From the NCBI GenBank assembly GCA_034664845.1, contig JAXDGW010000010.1:58936-122935 (forward strand): 64,000 nt of DNA. The letters run 5' to 3'. This stretch comes from Thermoanaerobaculia bacterium. Its GTDB lineage: Bacteria > Acidobacteriota > Thermoanaerobaculia > Gp7-AA8. The notes below the pieces were generated by a model, which was not told the DNA's origin, searched no databases, and saw only the letters and a program-made list of their open reading frames with translations. The position numbers and the translations under genes were made by a program. Positions 1-9,779 of the stretch are shown here, piece after piece; position 1 is the stretch's first letter; each line of letters starts with the position of its first letter.

Positions 1-465
1 GGTCGTCAGGACGACTGCTGCCACGCCACGCTGTCGCGCGCTTTCGATAAACGCGCGGGTCAGAAGCTTGCCGGCGCCGGTTCGCTGCACGCGGGGATCG
101 ACCGCCAGCGACATGAGCACGGCGCCAGCCGAGAACGTTTGCGGTGGCGCATAGAGCGCGCGCAGGAGCCGCCGCACGATCGAGGGCTTCCGCAACAGCG
201 CCGTCATCGACGCGAGTCCAAACCGCAGCCAGCGGCGCCGGGCCGCCCGGCGGTAAAAACCGCCGCTGGCTGCACCTGCCACGAGTCCGACGACGCGCTC
301 CTCATCAACGGCCACGAAGGCGATGCTTTCTTCGTCAGAAACGATGGCGCGATACAGCTCGCGCAGAAAGCGAGCACCGAGAAACGAGAGAAAGAAGCCT
401 GGGAACGCGGCGAGATGAACCTCCGCCGCAGCGCCGGCATCCTTCATCAGCAACGGCCGGATCAC
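1..465 (-). CDS. GNAT family N-acetyltransferase (3' end beyond window edge)
   Basis: Manual minus-strand translation from a GTG at 465: MIRPLLMKDAGAAAEVHLAAFPGFF...VLMSLAVDPRVQRTGAGKLLTRAFIESARQRGVAAVVLTT. This matches GNAT motif A (V-x-P-x-x-Q/R-x-G-x-G/A, acetyl-CoA binding). The frame stays open to position 1 and the gene begins 6 nt after the upstream GT4 stop. It is absent from the ORF track because it runs off the edge. Confidence 0.45.
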   Translation of the reverse strand, partial: MIRPLLMKDAGAAAEVHLAAFPGFFLSFLGARFLRELYRAIVSDEESIAFVAVDEERVVGLVAGAASGGFYRRAARRRWLRFGLASMTALLRKPSIVRRLLRALYAPPQTFSAGAVLMSLAVDPRVQRTGAGKLLTRAFIESARQRGVAAVVLTT

Positions 466-470
466 GACGC

Positions 471-1703
471 TCAACGCGCCACACCTTCGATGATGTCCAC
501 GAGCCGCGGCAGACAAACGTCCGTGGTCACGGACGCCAGGGCCCAATCGCGGCCCGCACATCCCATCCTTTGCCGCACCTCGAGTGAGAGCCGCTTCATC
601 GATCGGATCGCGTCCGCCAGCACCGCGGGATCATCGGGAGCCACAACCACGCCCGCACCACTACCGAGAATCACAGCCGCAGTGTCGGAGTCCGGCAGTG
701 CGGTGGCAAGCACCGGCCTTGCGGAGAGTAGATAGCTGATGAGTTTCGACGGCACCGAGGCGGCCGATTGGGCCGCGTGCGTCGGAAGGAGCACCGCGTC
801 TGCGGCGTGCAACACATCGATCGTCCCTGGCCATGGGTACTCGAAACGAATACGCTCCGGCGCGATATCTCCCGCCAGACGGCGGCAGCGGTCGAGCGAT
901 GCACCCTCACCTGCGACGAGGAGGTAGATATCAGGCTCGTCGTCGAGATAGCGAAAGGCCTCGATCACCGTCTCCACCCCGGCAGAGACGCTGACGTTGC
1001 CTCCGTACACAAAGAGAAAGGCGCTGCGCGGGATGCCATTGCGGTCGCGGCAGGCTTCGGCGCGGCCAGGCGTTGCCTCCGTCCCCTGCGCCGGCAACCA
1101 GTTCGGAACGATGTGGATCCTGGACATGTCGACGCCGCGCGTCCGCCGGTAGTGCTCTGCAAACCGCTCCGAGATCACGACGACGGCAGCGGCGGAGCGG
1201 ACCGTACGCCGGTCGATTGACATAAGCACGCGCGCGGTGATGCCGCTGCCGCGACGGCCCTGCGATATCAGCGATTCCGGGTAGATGTCCTGGACAGAGA
1301 CGACGAACGGGATACGGCGCAAGCGGGCCACGAAGCCGGTCATCGCGGCCGCGAAAATCGGCCATGTGTTGGCGTAGATCACAGACGGCTTCCTGCCGAA
1401 GAGCAGCGCCAGGGACGACGTGAAACCGAACGAGACGTTCTCCGCCAACCTGCTGAGCATCGACGAGCTCCGCGAAAATGACGAAAGGCAACGAACGATG
1501 CGGAAGCCTTCCGCCGCCACCTCGAGCCGGAACAGGGCACGCCGATAACCGGCGTACAACGTCCCGGCAGGACGGTTCGGAAACGGCGCAATGACCGTGA
1601 CGTCGTGTCCGCGTGCAGCCAACGCGCGCGCCGTCTCGAAACTCGTCCGGCTGGAGACGACCGGCTCGGGAGGGAAGACGCAACTGACTACGGTGATCTT
1701 CAC
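471..1703 (-). CDS. Glycosyltransferase family 4 (GT1-fold, GT4-like)
   Basis: ORF 471..1763. N-terminus VKITVVSCVFPPEPVVSS...ARGHDVTVIAP and C-terminal GT4 sugar-donor region. The likely start is the GTG at 1703, which overlaps the upstream gene's TGA (1700-1702) as GTGA. Confidence 0.7.
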   Translation of the reverse strand: MKITVVSCVFPPEPVVSSRTSFETARALAARGHDVTVIAPFPNRPAGTLYAGYRRALFRLEVAAEGFRIVRCLSSFSRSSSMLSRLAENVSFGFTSSLALLFGRKPSVIYANTWPIFAAAMTGFVARLRRIPFVVSVQDIYPESLISQGRRGSGITARVLMSIDRRTVRSAAAVVVISERFAEHYRRTRGVDMSRIHIVPNWLPAQGTEATPGRAEACRDRNGIPRSAFLFVYGGNVSVSAGVETVIEAFRYLDDEPDIYLLVAGEGASLDRCRRLAGDIAPERIRFEYPWPGTIDVLHAADAVLLPTHAAQSAASVPSKLISYLLSARPVLATALPDSDTAAVILGSGAGVVVAPDDPAVLADAIRSMKRLSLEVRQRMGCAGRDWALASVTTDVCLPRLVDIIEGVAR

Positions 1704-2911
1704 GTCTTCGCCGCCAACACTCGCGTATATACGTCGACCAGGCTGTCGGTGATGACGTCCCACGAGTACCGCTCCGCGACGAGACGGCGCCCCGCCTCCC
1801 CCATCGCGCGCAGCGACGAACGATCGCCGAGGAGCTTGCGCAACGCATCCGCCATCTTCTCCGCGTCCGTGTTGACGATGACTCCCGCGCCCGCTTCTTC
1901 AACTTCGGGGAAGTTGCATTCTGGCGAGAGCATGACCGCCGTTGCGCTTGCGAGCGCTTCGAGGACGGCGTTGGAAAAGCCTTCCGCGAGCGACGGGAGA
2001 GAAAAGAGATCGGCGCGCGCCAGCACGTCTGCCTTTTCCTCACCGCCGATCATGCCGGCAAAGAACACACGATCACCGAGTACGTCCCGCGCGCGTTCGC
2101 GCCACGCTGTTTCCGAGCCCCACTCATCGGGTCCGGCAATCATCAACACAGCGTCGGGAAAGTCGTCCATCACGCGCAGAAAAGCATCGAGCAGCTTGTC
2201 CGTACCTTTGATCGGATGCAGGCGCCCGAGGAAGAGGATCATCACAGCGTCGGGCGAAACGCCGAAGCGGGCGTGGACGCGGGCTGCGGCTTCCGGCCGG
2301 GGCGGTGGGATGTCGACGCCGTTCGGCACGATTGCGATTGGAGTCCGTACGCCGAGGGCACGATACGACGTCCGTTCTGCCTCCGTGAGTGCCACGAGCG
2401 AGGCCGCGTGGTTCATGATCGGCTTTTCGATCGCACCGATGTACAGCCGTTTCTTCAAGCCGCGAAAGCGCAAGCGCTCCTCGGCAAAGCATCCCCGCTG
2501 GCTATACAGAAGCGGCTTGTGATGGCGCAACGCCGCATGAGCCGCAGCGTACGAGGGATAGACGAACGGCCCCTGCGTGTGCACGACGTCGATGTCCGGC
2601 ATGAGCCGGTCGAGCGCCGCGCGCATTTTGGGCGCGTACATGAACCCGATCGATCGCGAGAGATACGGCACGAAAGGAAGCAGCTTCTGCATCGGCTCCT
2701 GCCGCCGGAAATACCAGACCTGCACGCCGTCGACGTCGACAGGAACACCGAGCGGGACGTCGATATCCTGATCGTTGTTCGCGGTCGTCGTGACGACGGT
2801 GACGTCATGCCCTTTGCGGACGAGTCTCTCCGCCGCCGCGGAGACCGAGACGATCGGTCCTCCCAATCGATACGCTGGTTTGTAGCCGGTACCGGCGTAA
2901 AGAATCCTCAT
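1700..2911 (-). CDS. Glycosyltransferase family 4
   Basis: This is the C-terminal 403 aa of ORF 1700..3616, beginning MRILYAGTGYKP...GHDVTVVTT... with GT4 fold motifs (EGFSNAVLEALA). The ATG at 2909-2911 overlaps the upstream gene's stop (ATGA). The N-terminal 235 aa of the long ORF are Arg-rich out-of-context sequence. Confidence 0.75.
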   Translation of the reverse strand: MRILYAGTGYKPAYRLGGPIVSVSAAAERLVRKGHDVTVVTTTANNDQDIDVPLGVPVDVDGVQVWYFRRQEPMQKLLPFVPYLSRSIGFMYAPKMRAALDRLMPDIDVVHTQGPFVYPSYAAAHAALRHHKPLLYSQRGCFAEERLRFRGLKKRLYIGAIEKPIMNHAASLVALTEAERTSYRALGVRTPIAIVPNGVDIPPPRPEAAARVHARFGVSPDAVMILFLGRLHPIKGTDKLLDAFLRVMDDFPDAVLMIAGPDEWGSETAWRERARDVLGDRVFFAGMIGGEEKADVLARADLFSLPSLAEGFSNAVLEALASATAVMLSPECNFPEVEEAGAGVIVNTDAEKMADALRKLLGDRSSLRAMGEAGRRLVAERYSWDVITDSLVDVYTRVLAAKT

Positions 2912-3894
2912 CAGCGTTTGACGGCGCGGCCGACCACAAGTCCTTCGCGCGCGGCATCCACGTCTCGCAGACCCGCCTCGGTCAGCCAGTCGCGCACCAT
3001 CGCGGCCGTCTGCGGATGATCGTGCGCCGGAGCGAGCATGTCGAACGTGTCGAGGATGGCCCACTCGCGATGTTGTTCCATCGTGAGCGGGAAGACGCGG
3101 TAGTACATCATGATCGGAAGGACATACCGGAGGCGCCCGCCGATCAGCGGAATCGCCGCAAGCACCCTGCTGACCGGCAAGAGCTTTGGTACCAACCGCT
3201 CCACGATGGCGAAGAGCCGGCCCTGCCGCATCCGGCGTGTAAAGGGCCGCAGCCAGTATTTCGACCACAACACGTTCGCCGCCAGCTTTGGATAAAAATC
3301 GAGTGCGAGCTTGCCACCTGCCTTGAGCGGCGACGACAGGGCGAGCACGGCACGATGAGGATCGGGCGTGTGTTGCAGAACGCCCATGCAATAGACGTAG
3401 TCGAAGGAAGAGGCCTTGACCGGCAGCCGATAGACGTCGGCCTGGACAACGGAGAGCCGCGGATGCGGTCCGAGGTTCGCGTAGCACGCGTCGACGGCCG
3501 TGGAGTGATCGACGGCGACCACCTCCGCGCCTGTCGCGAGCGCCACCTCGGCGAAACGGCCGGCACCGCAGCCGATGTCGAGCACCCGTTTGCCTGCCAT
3601 CTCTTCCGGCGTCCATCGCGATTCTTTGAAAAAGCGCTCCCGCGCGATCGGCAAACCAGTGCGGCTATCGAGCTGTGTCGTCCTGAATTTGTTCCATTGG
3701 AATCCGAACGAATTGGCGTACGTGTCTGCGGGAACGAAGCGCGGAACGTGTCGCACGATCGGGAACGTTCGCGGGCAACCGGCGCAGTGCAGGGTGCCGG
3801 TTTCGATACTTTCTCCGCTCCGCACCGCCGGGTCGAGCGTCAACGAGCCGCCACAATCGGGACAAGCGAGGATGTCGAGGAGGTCTGGCGTCAT
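2911..3894 (-). CDS. Trm112-like zinc-ribbon + class I SAM-dependent methyltransferase
   Basis: N-terminus LDILACPDCGGSL...LHCAGCPRTFPI (Trm112p-like Cys4 ribbon), then the FGFQWNKF motif and SAM motif I (VLDIGCGAGRF). It is paralogous to ORF 10628..11704. Confidence 0.7.
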   Translation of the reverse strand: MTPDLLDILACPDCGGSLTLDPAVRSGESIETGTLHCAGCPRTFPIVRHVPRFVPADTYANSFGFQWNKFRTTQLDSRTGLPIARERFFKESRWTPEEMAGKRVLDIGCGAGRFAEVALATGAEVVAVDHSTAVDACYANLGPHPRLSVVQADVYRLPVKASSFDYVYCMGVLQHTPDPHRAVLALSSPLKAGGKLALDFYPKLAANVLWSKYWLRPFTRRMRQGRLFAIVERLVPKLLPVSRVLAAIPLIGGRLRYVLPIMMYYRVFPLTMEQHREWAILDTFDMLAPAHDHPQTAAMVRDWLTEAGLRDVDAAREGLVVGRAVKR

Positions 3895-3916
3895 GGGTTG
3901 TGTCAGATGGAGACGT

Positions 3917-4228
3917 TTACTCGCGCAACCAGAGCACGAACATGGTCAGCGCGAAGATGCGATGCGAGTTTACGAGTCCGCGCTCCTGCCCTTCGAGCAA
4001 GCGCCGGACGACGGTCTGGCCGAAATGCTTCGAAGCGCCGAGAACGTCGCGAAAGAAGCGGCCCCAGTCGCAGAGCCGGCGGTGGCCAAAGCCGGCCCGG
4101 CCGTCCGGCGCGCGCCAAACGCCCTGATCATCGGGCCCGCGGTGGCGAAGGGTCAACGCCATCGCCTCGAGGATCTCGATACGGACGACTTCACCCGGCC
4201 GGGCCGTGGTGCCGCAGATTCCGCACAT
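3917..4228 (-). pseudogene. Remnant of a second asparagine synthetase (AsnB) gene: N-terminal glutamine-amidotransferase fragment only
   Basis: 103-aa ORF MCGICG...LRHRGPDDQGVW...GFGHRRL. This is the Cys2 nucleophile and the conserved HRGPD and GHRRL motifs of class-II GATase. Homology to the intact AsnB at 7954..9777 stops after about 55 aa. It lies in an otherwise gene-free 342-bp gap. Confidence 0.5.
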
Positions 4229-4236
4229 GCCCGCTG

Positions 4237-5355
4237 CTACCCTATCTCCGTCGTTGCAGGCTTGTGGCGTGACGCGGCAATATCGATGGCGCGCCGGTAA
4301 GCATCTTCGTAGCGCTTCGCCGTCTCTTCGAGCGACTGCGAGGTTAGCGCCGACCGCGCGCGTCCCGCACGCGCTTCCGCCTCCGGACGATCGGCGAGCG
4401 CTTTCGCAATCGCAGCGCCGATGGCCCGGTTGTCGCCGCCACTGACGAAAAAGGCCGCATCATCAGCGAGAATCGAGCGGTACGCCGGGATGTCGGAAAC
4501 AATCAGCGGCACGCCCGCAGCAATCGCCTCGAGCACGGCGTTCGGATGGCCTTCGCAAAGCGAAACCGCAACAACGGCGCTGGAACGTCGTAGCCAGGAA
4601 GCGATGTCGTGCACGAATCCCGCGAAGATGACACGAGCGTCGAGGCCCGCCGCACGGACCTGAGCCATCAGGTCGTCGCGCATCGGCCCGTCGCCGCAAA
4701 AGGCGAACTTAGCGCGCGGCCGTTCACGAACCACGTGCTGCAGCGAGTCCACGAGCGTCGTCAGGTTTTTTTCCGGGCTGAGACGTCCGACATGGATGAC
4801 AAGCTCGTCGCCGGTGCTGATGCGTGAGTCGTCGAGAGGAGCGGCCGAAGCCATCTCCCCCATCGGAACGAAGTTTGGGATGACCTCGATTCGGGAACGA
4901 TCCACAGCCTGGGCCGCCCAGTAGCCGGCTCCACCGTCCGAGTTAGGCAGGATCAGAGTGGCGTGCCTGCCCGTCGCGACGCGGACGCGATTCAACAGCG
5001 TGGGTGGATAGCTGAGCGCGGCGCTTCTCTCGCTCATTACCCAGGGGACGCGCAACAACCGCGCAACCCCACCGCCGACGATGTCCATGTGTATCAACCA
5101 GGTGTGCACCACGTCCGGTCGAGGGCGGCGTACAAGTTTGAATGCCCGCGCCACGAGCGACGGATCGTATTTTGCCGCGGTGGCGAGACGATGGAGCGTC
5201 ACCCCGGTTCCTGCAAGTCTGTCGGAATTGACTCCGGGTCCAACAAACGCGACGTGTACGTCGTGGCCACGCCGGCTCAACTCTGACGCCAGATAGGCAA
5301 GCTGCCGCTCCGCCCCGCCGCCGGTCATTGTGAGAATCATGTGGAGGATCCTCAC
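4237..5355 (-). CDS. Glycosyltransferase family 4
   Basis: (V/M)RILHMILTMTGGGAERQLAYLASELSRRGHDVHV... is a typical GT4 N-terminus, with an E-x7-E-type C-terminal domain. The GTG start at 5355 overlaps the upstream TGA. Confidence 0.75.
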   Translation of the reverse strand: MRILHMILTMTGGGAERQLAYLASELSRRGHDVHVAFVGPGVNSDRLAGTGVTLHRLATAAKYDPSLVARAFKLVRRPRPDVVHTWLIHMDIVGGGVARLLRVPWVMSERSAALSYPPTLLNRVRVATGRHATLILPNSDGGAGYWAAQAVDRSRIEVIPNFVPMGEMASAAPLDDSRISTGDELVIHVGRLSPEKNLTTLVDSLQHVVRERPRAKFAFCGDGPMRDDLMAQVRAAGLDARVIFAGFVHDIASWLRRSSAVVAVSLCEGHPNAVLEAIAAGVPLIVSDIPAYRSILADDAAFFVSGGDNRAIGAAIAKALADRPEAEARAGRARSALTSQSLEETAKRYEDAYRRAIDIAASRHKPATTEIG

Positions 5356-6872
5356 GCACGCACCACTGCGGACGGCCCTTCAGCCGTTTTACGTCCGACA
5401 CGGCTCAAGACCTGTTCGAGCAACTTGGTAGCAACGACGACCGGCAGGAAGTGATAGACAACGAAGTAGACGAAGTAGAACGTCGACGCGCGGAACGTGT
5501 AGTACGCCCAGATGCTGATGAAAAGGTAGAGCAGCGTCGGCCAGAAATAGGACGAGTGCCTTACATACCAGCGGTGCAGAAGGGCAAGACACATGGCCAG
5601 TGCCACCCCGCGCAGCACGAGCTCAATCCAATCGAGTCCGACTGCGGCCTGCGACATGACTCCGAACATGTACCCAACGCCCGCTCCGGTCTGCCCAATG
5701 GCGTCGATGTACCACGACGATGGATCGATCTTTTCGAATGGCAGAAACTGGCTGGGGATGGGAAAGTAGAAATCGCTGACGTACACCTGCCACGGAATCG
5801 AAGTGATGTCGCCCGATTCGCGCCGTTTCTTGATGTCATAGGCGGTCGTGAAGAGTCCCTGGAATTCGTTAGCGGCGGTCAGGATGTGCTGCGCCTGTTC
5901 TTTCCTCATGTCACCCGAGCGTGTGTTTCGAATGGCGCCCGCCACCATGAACGCGGCAAGCAGCAGAGAGCCGGACACCACGAGCGTCCGAAAACTGACG
6001 CGCTTCACGAGGCGGTGGTAGAGCACTCCGGCGCTGATGAGCAGGAGCACGACCTTCCCGCGCGAGCCGAGACGGATGGCGCTGATCACCACTTCGGAGC
6101 CCAGCCACATGACCAGCGCATAACGGCACCACCGCTTCCGCCAATGAGAAAGCAACAGCACGATGACGCCTAGTTGCACGACAAACAGCGCCGATAGACT
6201 GTTGTGACTGATCTGCTGCATCAGGTACGGCATGTCGCGGCCACTGTGCGCCGCAGACATAGGATCGGCATAACTGTAGTCCTCAGGGTCGTAGTCATAA
6301 ACGATCCTCAGCGCGATCTTGAAGATATAGAGCGCAATGAACATGACGGCGACAGCCGCCTGTGTGGCAGGACTCGGCAGCGCGAATACCGTCGTCTTCA
6401 CCGCCTTACGTCCGCGCATGACCAGATACGACACCGCGAACGAAACGGCATAGACGACGTAGCGCCAGCCGAACATCCCGAGCTCGGCCGCATTGAACGA
6501 ATACGCGTGCATGCGGCCATCGACGAATTGGTCCCACTCCCCTCTCATCATGAGGAAGCCAACCATCGGGAGCGTTCCGTACACGGTGATGGCGAGCATG
6601 CACAGTGTTCCGGCTTCGAATACCGGAGGTGAGCCGTCGCGGGCCCACATGACCATCATGTAAACCGAAGACGTTACGACAATCGCCAGCATGGGAGCGG
6701 CGAGCAACCGGTCGTCCCCTTTCAGCAGAAGAAGGGCCGCCACGCTGGCGATGGCAACGAACAGGCAGAACGCGATGGCCTGCCGGCGGCGTCGTCGAGC
6801 GGCGTCTCGGACGCTGCGGACGAATATGCGGCGCCGGGGAGGTAGTGACGCTGCGGCCAGCACGTCACTCAT
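5352..6872 (-). CDS. Polytopic membrane protein, Wzy-like O-antigen/EPS polymerase candidate
   Basis: 506 aa with more than 10 predicted TM helices and large loops. It is the only multi-TM non-flippase protein in the operon. The ATGA overlap with the GT2 gene upstream supports this start. Confidence 0.5.
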   Translation of the reverse strand: MSDVLAAASLPPRRRIFVRSVRDAARRRRRQAIAFCLFVAIASVAALLLLKGDDRLLAAPMLAIVVTSSVYMMVMWARDGSPPVFEAGTLCMLAITVYGTLPMVGFLMMRGEWDQFVDGRMHAYSFNAAELGMFGWRYVVYAVSFAVSYLVMRGRKAVKTTVFALPSPATQAAVAVMFIALYIFKIALRIVYDYDPEDYSYADPMSAAHSGRDMPYLMQQISHNSLSALFVVQLGVIVLLLSHWRKRWCRYALVMWLGSEVVISAIRLGSRGKVVLLLISAGVLYHRLVKRVSFRTLVVSGSLLLAAFMVAGAIRNTRSGDMRKEQAQHILTAANEFQGLFTTAYDIKKRRESGDITSIPWQVYVSDFYFPIPSQFLPFEKIDPSSWYIDAIGQTGAGVGYMFGVMSQAAVGLDWIELVLRGVALAMCLALLHRWYVRHSSYFWPTLLYLFISIWAYYTFRASTFYFVYFVVYHFLPVVVATKLLEQVLSRVGRKTAEGPSAVVRA

Positions 6873-7957
6873 TTCGCATCCTCTTTCAAATGTTTCTCGT
6901 CCGCTTCACGAAAGAGCGTAGCCCGTCCCGAGAACGCGCGCGCGCTCGTTGCCGCGAAACGCAGCGCTCCCTGAGCGAACGCCGGCAAGTCGTAGCGCGC
7001 CGCCGTCAGATACCACCGGCTCATCGTTGCCGGTGAGGCGTTCGCGGCCATCGTGGCGATCCGCGCGATCAGCGATGCCGACTGAGCGCGGATCTCGCGG
7101 AGTTGTGCGGCCTCGGGCCAGATCTTCACGAACCGTTCATAGGCGCTGTCGATCAAGCGTACGAGCGGTTCGAGCGTCTCCAGAGCCGGGTAGAGCCGGG
7201 GATTCGTACCCCTCGTGAGCACGTCGATCCCGGCGGCGGCAGCAGGCTCGGCACCGATCGTCGCAGCGACATTGCTCATGAACACTTCGGCCACCCGTCG
7301 GATCGCCTCCATCGAATAACGCGAGGAGATCGACGTGCTTCTGCCGCGGTTCGCAACGAGTGTCTCATGCACACTGCGGAGAGGATGCTCGCGGCTGAGC
7401 CGCGACCAGAGCTCGAAATCCTGATTCGTGCGGAAGGTCTCGTCATACCCGCCGAAACGATCGAGCACGAGGTCGCGGCGGAAAACGACCGCCGAATGGA
7501 CAAACGGGTTTTCGTACATCAACTGCCAGCGGATGCCGAGGTGTGTTTCGCACCTTCGGAGACGCGCTCGGCGGCGGCCAAGCTCGTCGATGGAGACAGC
7601 CTGCGAGCCGACCACGGCGACGTCGCCGTTGCGCTCGAGAAACGCCACCTGGCGTGCCAGACGGTCGCGAAACGAGACGTCGTCGGCATCCTGCCGGGCG
7701 ATTAGAGCGCCGCGCGCTTCGCGGAGACCTAGATTGAGCGAGCGCGTGAGGCCGATGTTTTCCGGGTTGCGAATGATCCGGATTCGCTTGTCGTCATACG
7801 ACGCAAGAATGGCCGGCGTCGCGTCCCTCGAAGCGTCGTCGATGATGAGAAACTCGAAATCGCGGTAGGTCTGGCCGAGGATCGAGTCGATCGCCTCGCG
7901 AAGATACCCCTCGCCGTCGTAGACGCACAGCAGCACGGTAACCAGCGGAGCGGTCAC
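6869..7957 (-). CDS. Glycosyltransferase family 2
   Basis: The C-terminal 362 aa of ORF 6869..8671 carry the GT2 signature VTVLLCVYDGEGYLREAIDSILGQTYRDFEFLIIDDASRD...QDADD. The GTG start at 7955-7957 overlaps the AsnB TGA. Confidence 0.7.
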   Translation of the reverse strand: MTAPLVTVLLCVYDGEGYLREAIDSILGQTYRDFEFLIIDDASRDATPAILASYDDKRIRIIRNPENIGLTRSLNLGLREARGALIARQDADDVSFRDRLARQVAFLERNGDVAVVGSQAVSIDELGRRRARLRRCETHLGIRWQLMYENPFVHSAVVFRRDLVLDRFGGYDETFRTNQDFELWSRLSREHPLRSVHETLVANRGRSTSISSRYSMEAIRRVAEVFMSNVAATIGAEPAAAAGIDVLTRGTNPRLYPALETLEPLVRLIDSAYERFVKIWPEAAQLREIRAQSASLIARIATMAANASPATMSRWYLTAARYDLPAFAQGALRFAATSARAFSGRATLFREADEKHLKEDAK

Positions 7958-9777
7958 CACGCGACCTCGTGCCTCTCCAGCCAGATGCCGAGGGACATCA
8001 TGATCCAGGCGCGGTAGTTGTGCTCCTCGAGCACGTCGTCGACGGGACCGCGCAGCAATTCGCGCAGTTTCGATTTCGGCCCGGTAACCCGCCGCGTGAG
8101 CGCCGCGACGTCCGGCTTCTCCATCCATGCGCCGATCGGGGAGCCGAAGCCCTGCTTGCCCCGGCCGTGCAGTTCCTCCGGCCAGTAGCGCTCGCACGCC
8201 TCGCGCAACACGAGCTTGCCGCGGTTCTCGTCGACCTTCAGCGCGGCAGGCAACGACAATGCAAACTCGGCGAGGTCGCGGTCGAGAAACGGCGCGCGCG
8301 TCTCGAGCCCGTGCGCCATCGCCGCACGATCGACCTTCACGAGGATGTCGCCCGGCAGGTAGTGCATGAGGTCGAAGAAAAGTCCCCGATCGATGCCCTT
8401 CACGTCGTCGCCAGGCCGGTACAAATCGCCGGGAGTCCACGACGGAACGGATCGTCCCCACAGCTTCTGCCGTTGGCGCGGTGATGTCGTGACGTGGCTT
8501 TGAATGTCGCCGAGCCAGGGATCCGGCCAACGGGCGGCGTAGCCAAGAGCGATCGACTTCCGCGCAAGCGCGATGTTGCGGTCGCGCAGCAGCTTGCTCG
8601 CGATACGAGCGACGATCCAGAGCGCATAGGAATGCGTCACCTGCCCTGCCCGCACGAGCATGGAGTGCCACGGATACCCGCCGAACAATTCGTCGCCGCC
8701 ATCGCCCGAAAGAACGACCTTCACGTGCCGGCTCGCAAACTCGGATACGAGAAACGTCGGAATGTGTGACGTGTCGGCAAACGGCTCGTCGTAGACATCG
8801 CTCATCCGCTCGATCAGTCCGGCCACATCGAGCGTTTCCAGGTACAGCTCATAGTGTTCGGTTCGATACCGCTCGGCAACCGCGCGCGCATACGGAAGCT
8901 CATTGATGAGCGAACCGAAGCCGACGGAAAACGTCTTCACGGGGATCGCGGAGTGCTCCTGCATCAGCGCCACGATCGTGCTCGAGTCGAGGCCGCCGCT
9001 GAGAAACGCGCCGACCGGCACATCGGCGATCATCTGGCGCTTGACCGCGCGGCCGGCGAGATGCCGCAATTCCTCGGCCGCCTCGTCCATGCCGATTTGC
9101 CGTTCGCCGAGCCGCGGCCGCCAGTACGGCTCGACAGTCACGTTGCCTTCGCGCCAATCGAGGCAGTGCGCCGGAGGCAGTGTCGCGACGTCGCGATAGA
9201 CCGTACGGTCCGGCGGGACGTAGCCGAAGGCGAGGAATGCGTCGACGGAAACCAGATCGAGAGAATGGCCGACTAGTTTCGACGCCAGAATCGCCCGAAT
9301 TTCCGAGGCGATGACGAGCGCGCCGTCGCTCATCCGCGCGTAATAGAGCGGCTTTTCGCCGAAGATGTCGCGGGCCGCAAAGAGTGTTCGGTTGTGCGTG
9401 TCCCACAGTGCGAACGCGAACATGCCGCGGAATCGCTGGAGACAATCGCGGCCCCACTCGTGATACGCGGCGATGATGACCTCAGTATCCGAATGGGTTC
9501 GGAACGGGTGACCTTTCCCTTCGAGCTCGTCACGCAGCTCGAGAAAATTGTAGAGCTCTCCGTTGTAGGTGATCCAGTACCGCTCCGATGCATCACTCAT
9601 CGGTTGTGCGCCCGAGCTCAGATCGATGATGCTCAGACGGACATGGCCCAATGCGCAGTCACGCACACTGGCCGTGCCGCGGGCGTCAGGTCCGCGATGC
9701 TCGAGCGTATCGATCATCACGGAAACGAGCTCGAGCCGGTTCGCTACCGGGCTGATGATCGCGGCAATTCCGCACAT
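7954..9777 (-). CDS. asnB: Asparagine synthetase (glutamine-hydrolysing) family amidotransferase (AsnB/WbpS-like)
   Basis: MCGIAAII...LEHRGPDARG...GHVRLSIIDLSSGAQPM, an N-terminal Ntn GATase domain, and an asparagine-synthase adenylation domain with an SGGLDSS PP-loop. 607 aa. Confidence 0.85.
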   Translation of the reverse strand: MCGIAAIISPVANRLELVSVMIDTLEHRGPDARGTASVRDCALGHVRLSIIDLSSGAQPMSDASERYWITYNGELYNFLELRDELEGKGHPFRTHSDTEVIIAAYHEWGRDCLQRFRGMFAFALWDTHNRTLFAARDIFGEKPLYYARMSDGALVIASEIRAILASKLVGHSLDLVSVDAFLAFGYVPPDRTVYRDVATLPPAHCLDWREGNVTVEPYWRPRLGERQIGMDEAAEELRHLAGRAVKRQMIADVPVGAFLSGGLDSSTIVALMQEHSAIPVKTFSVGFGSLINELPYARAVAERYRTEHYELYLETLDVAGLIERMSDVYDEPFADTSHIPTFLVSEFASRHVKVVLSGDGGDELFGGYPWHSMLVRAGQVTHSYALWIVARIASKLLRDRNIALARKSIALGYAARWPDPWLGDIQSHVTTSPRQRQKLWGRSVPSWTPGDLYRPGDDVKGIDRGLFFDLMHYLPGDILVKVDRAAMAHGLETRAPFLDRDLAEFALSLPAALKVDENRGKLVLREACERYWPEELHGRGKQGFGSPIGAWMEKPDVAALTRRVTGPKSKLRELLRGPVDDVLEEHNYRAWIMMSLGIWLERHEVAW

Positions 9778-9779
9778 GG

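Noticed and set aside
1605-4300. Long plus-strand ORFs (e.g. 1605..2522, 2216..3019, 3016..4272, 3575..4300) antisense to the glycosyltransferase/methyltransferase genes
   Set aside because: Their translations are Arg/Ala/Pro-rich low-complexity strings with no motifs, typical of antisense frames in high-GC DNA. The minus-strand frames carry clear GT4/MTase signatures.
6869-8671. 600-aa ORF suggesting a large GT2 with an N-terminal extension
   Set aside because: The N-terminal 238 aa overlap the asnB gene in another frame and are Arg-rich nonsense. The GT2 domain begins at the GTG that overlaps the asnB stop (7955-7957).
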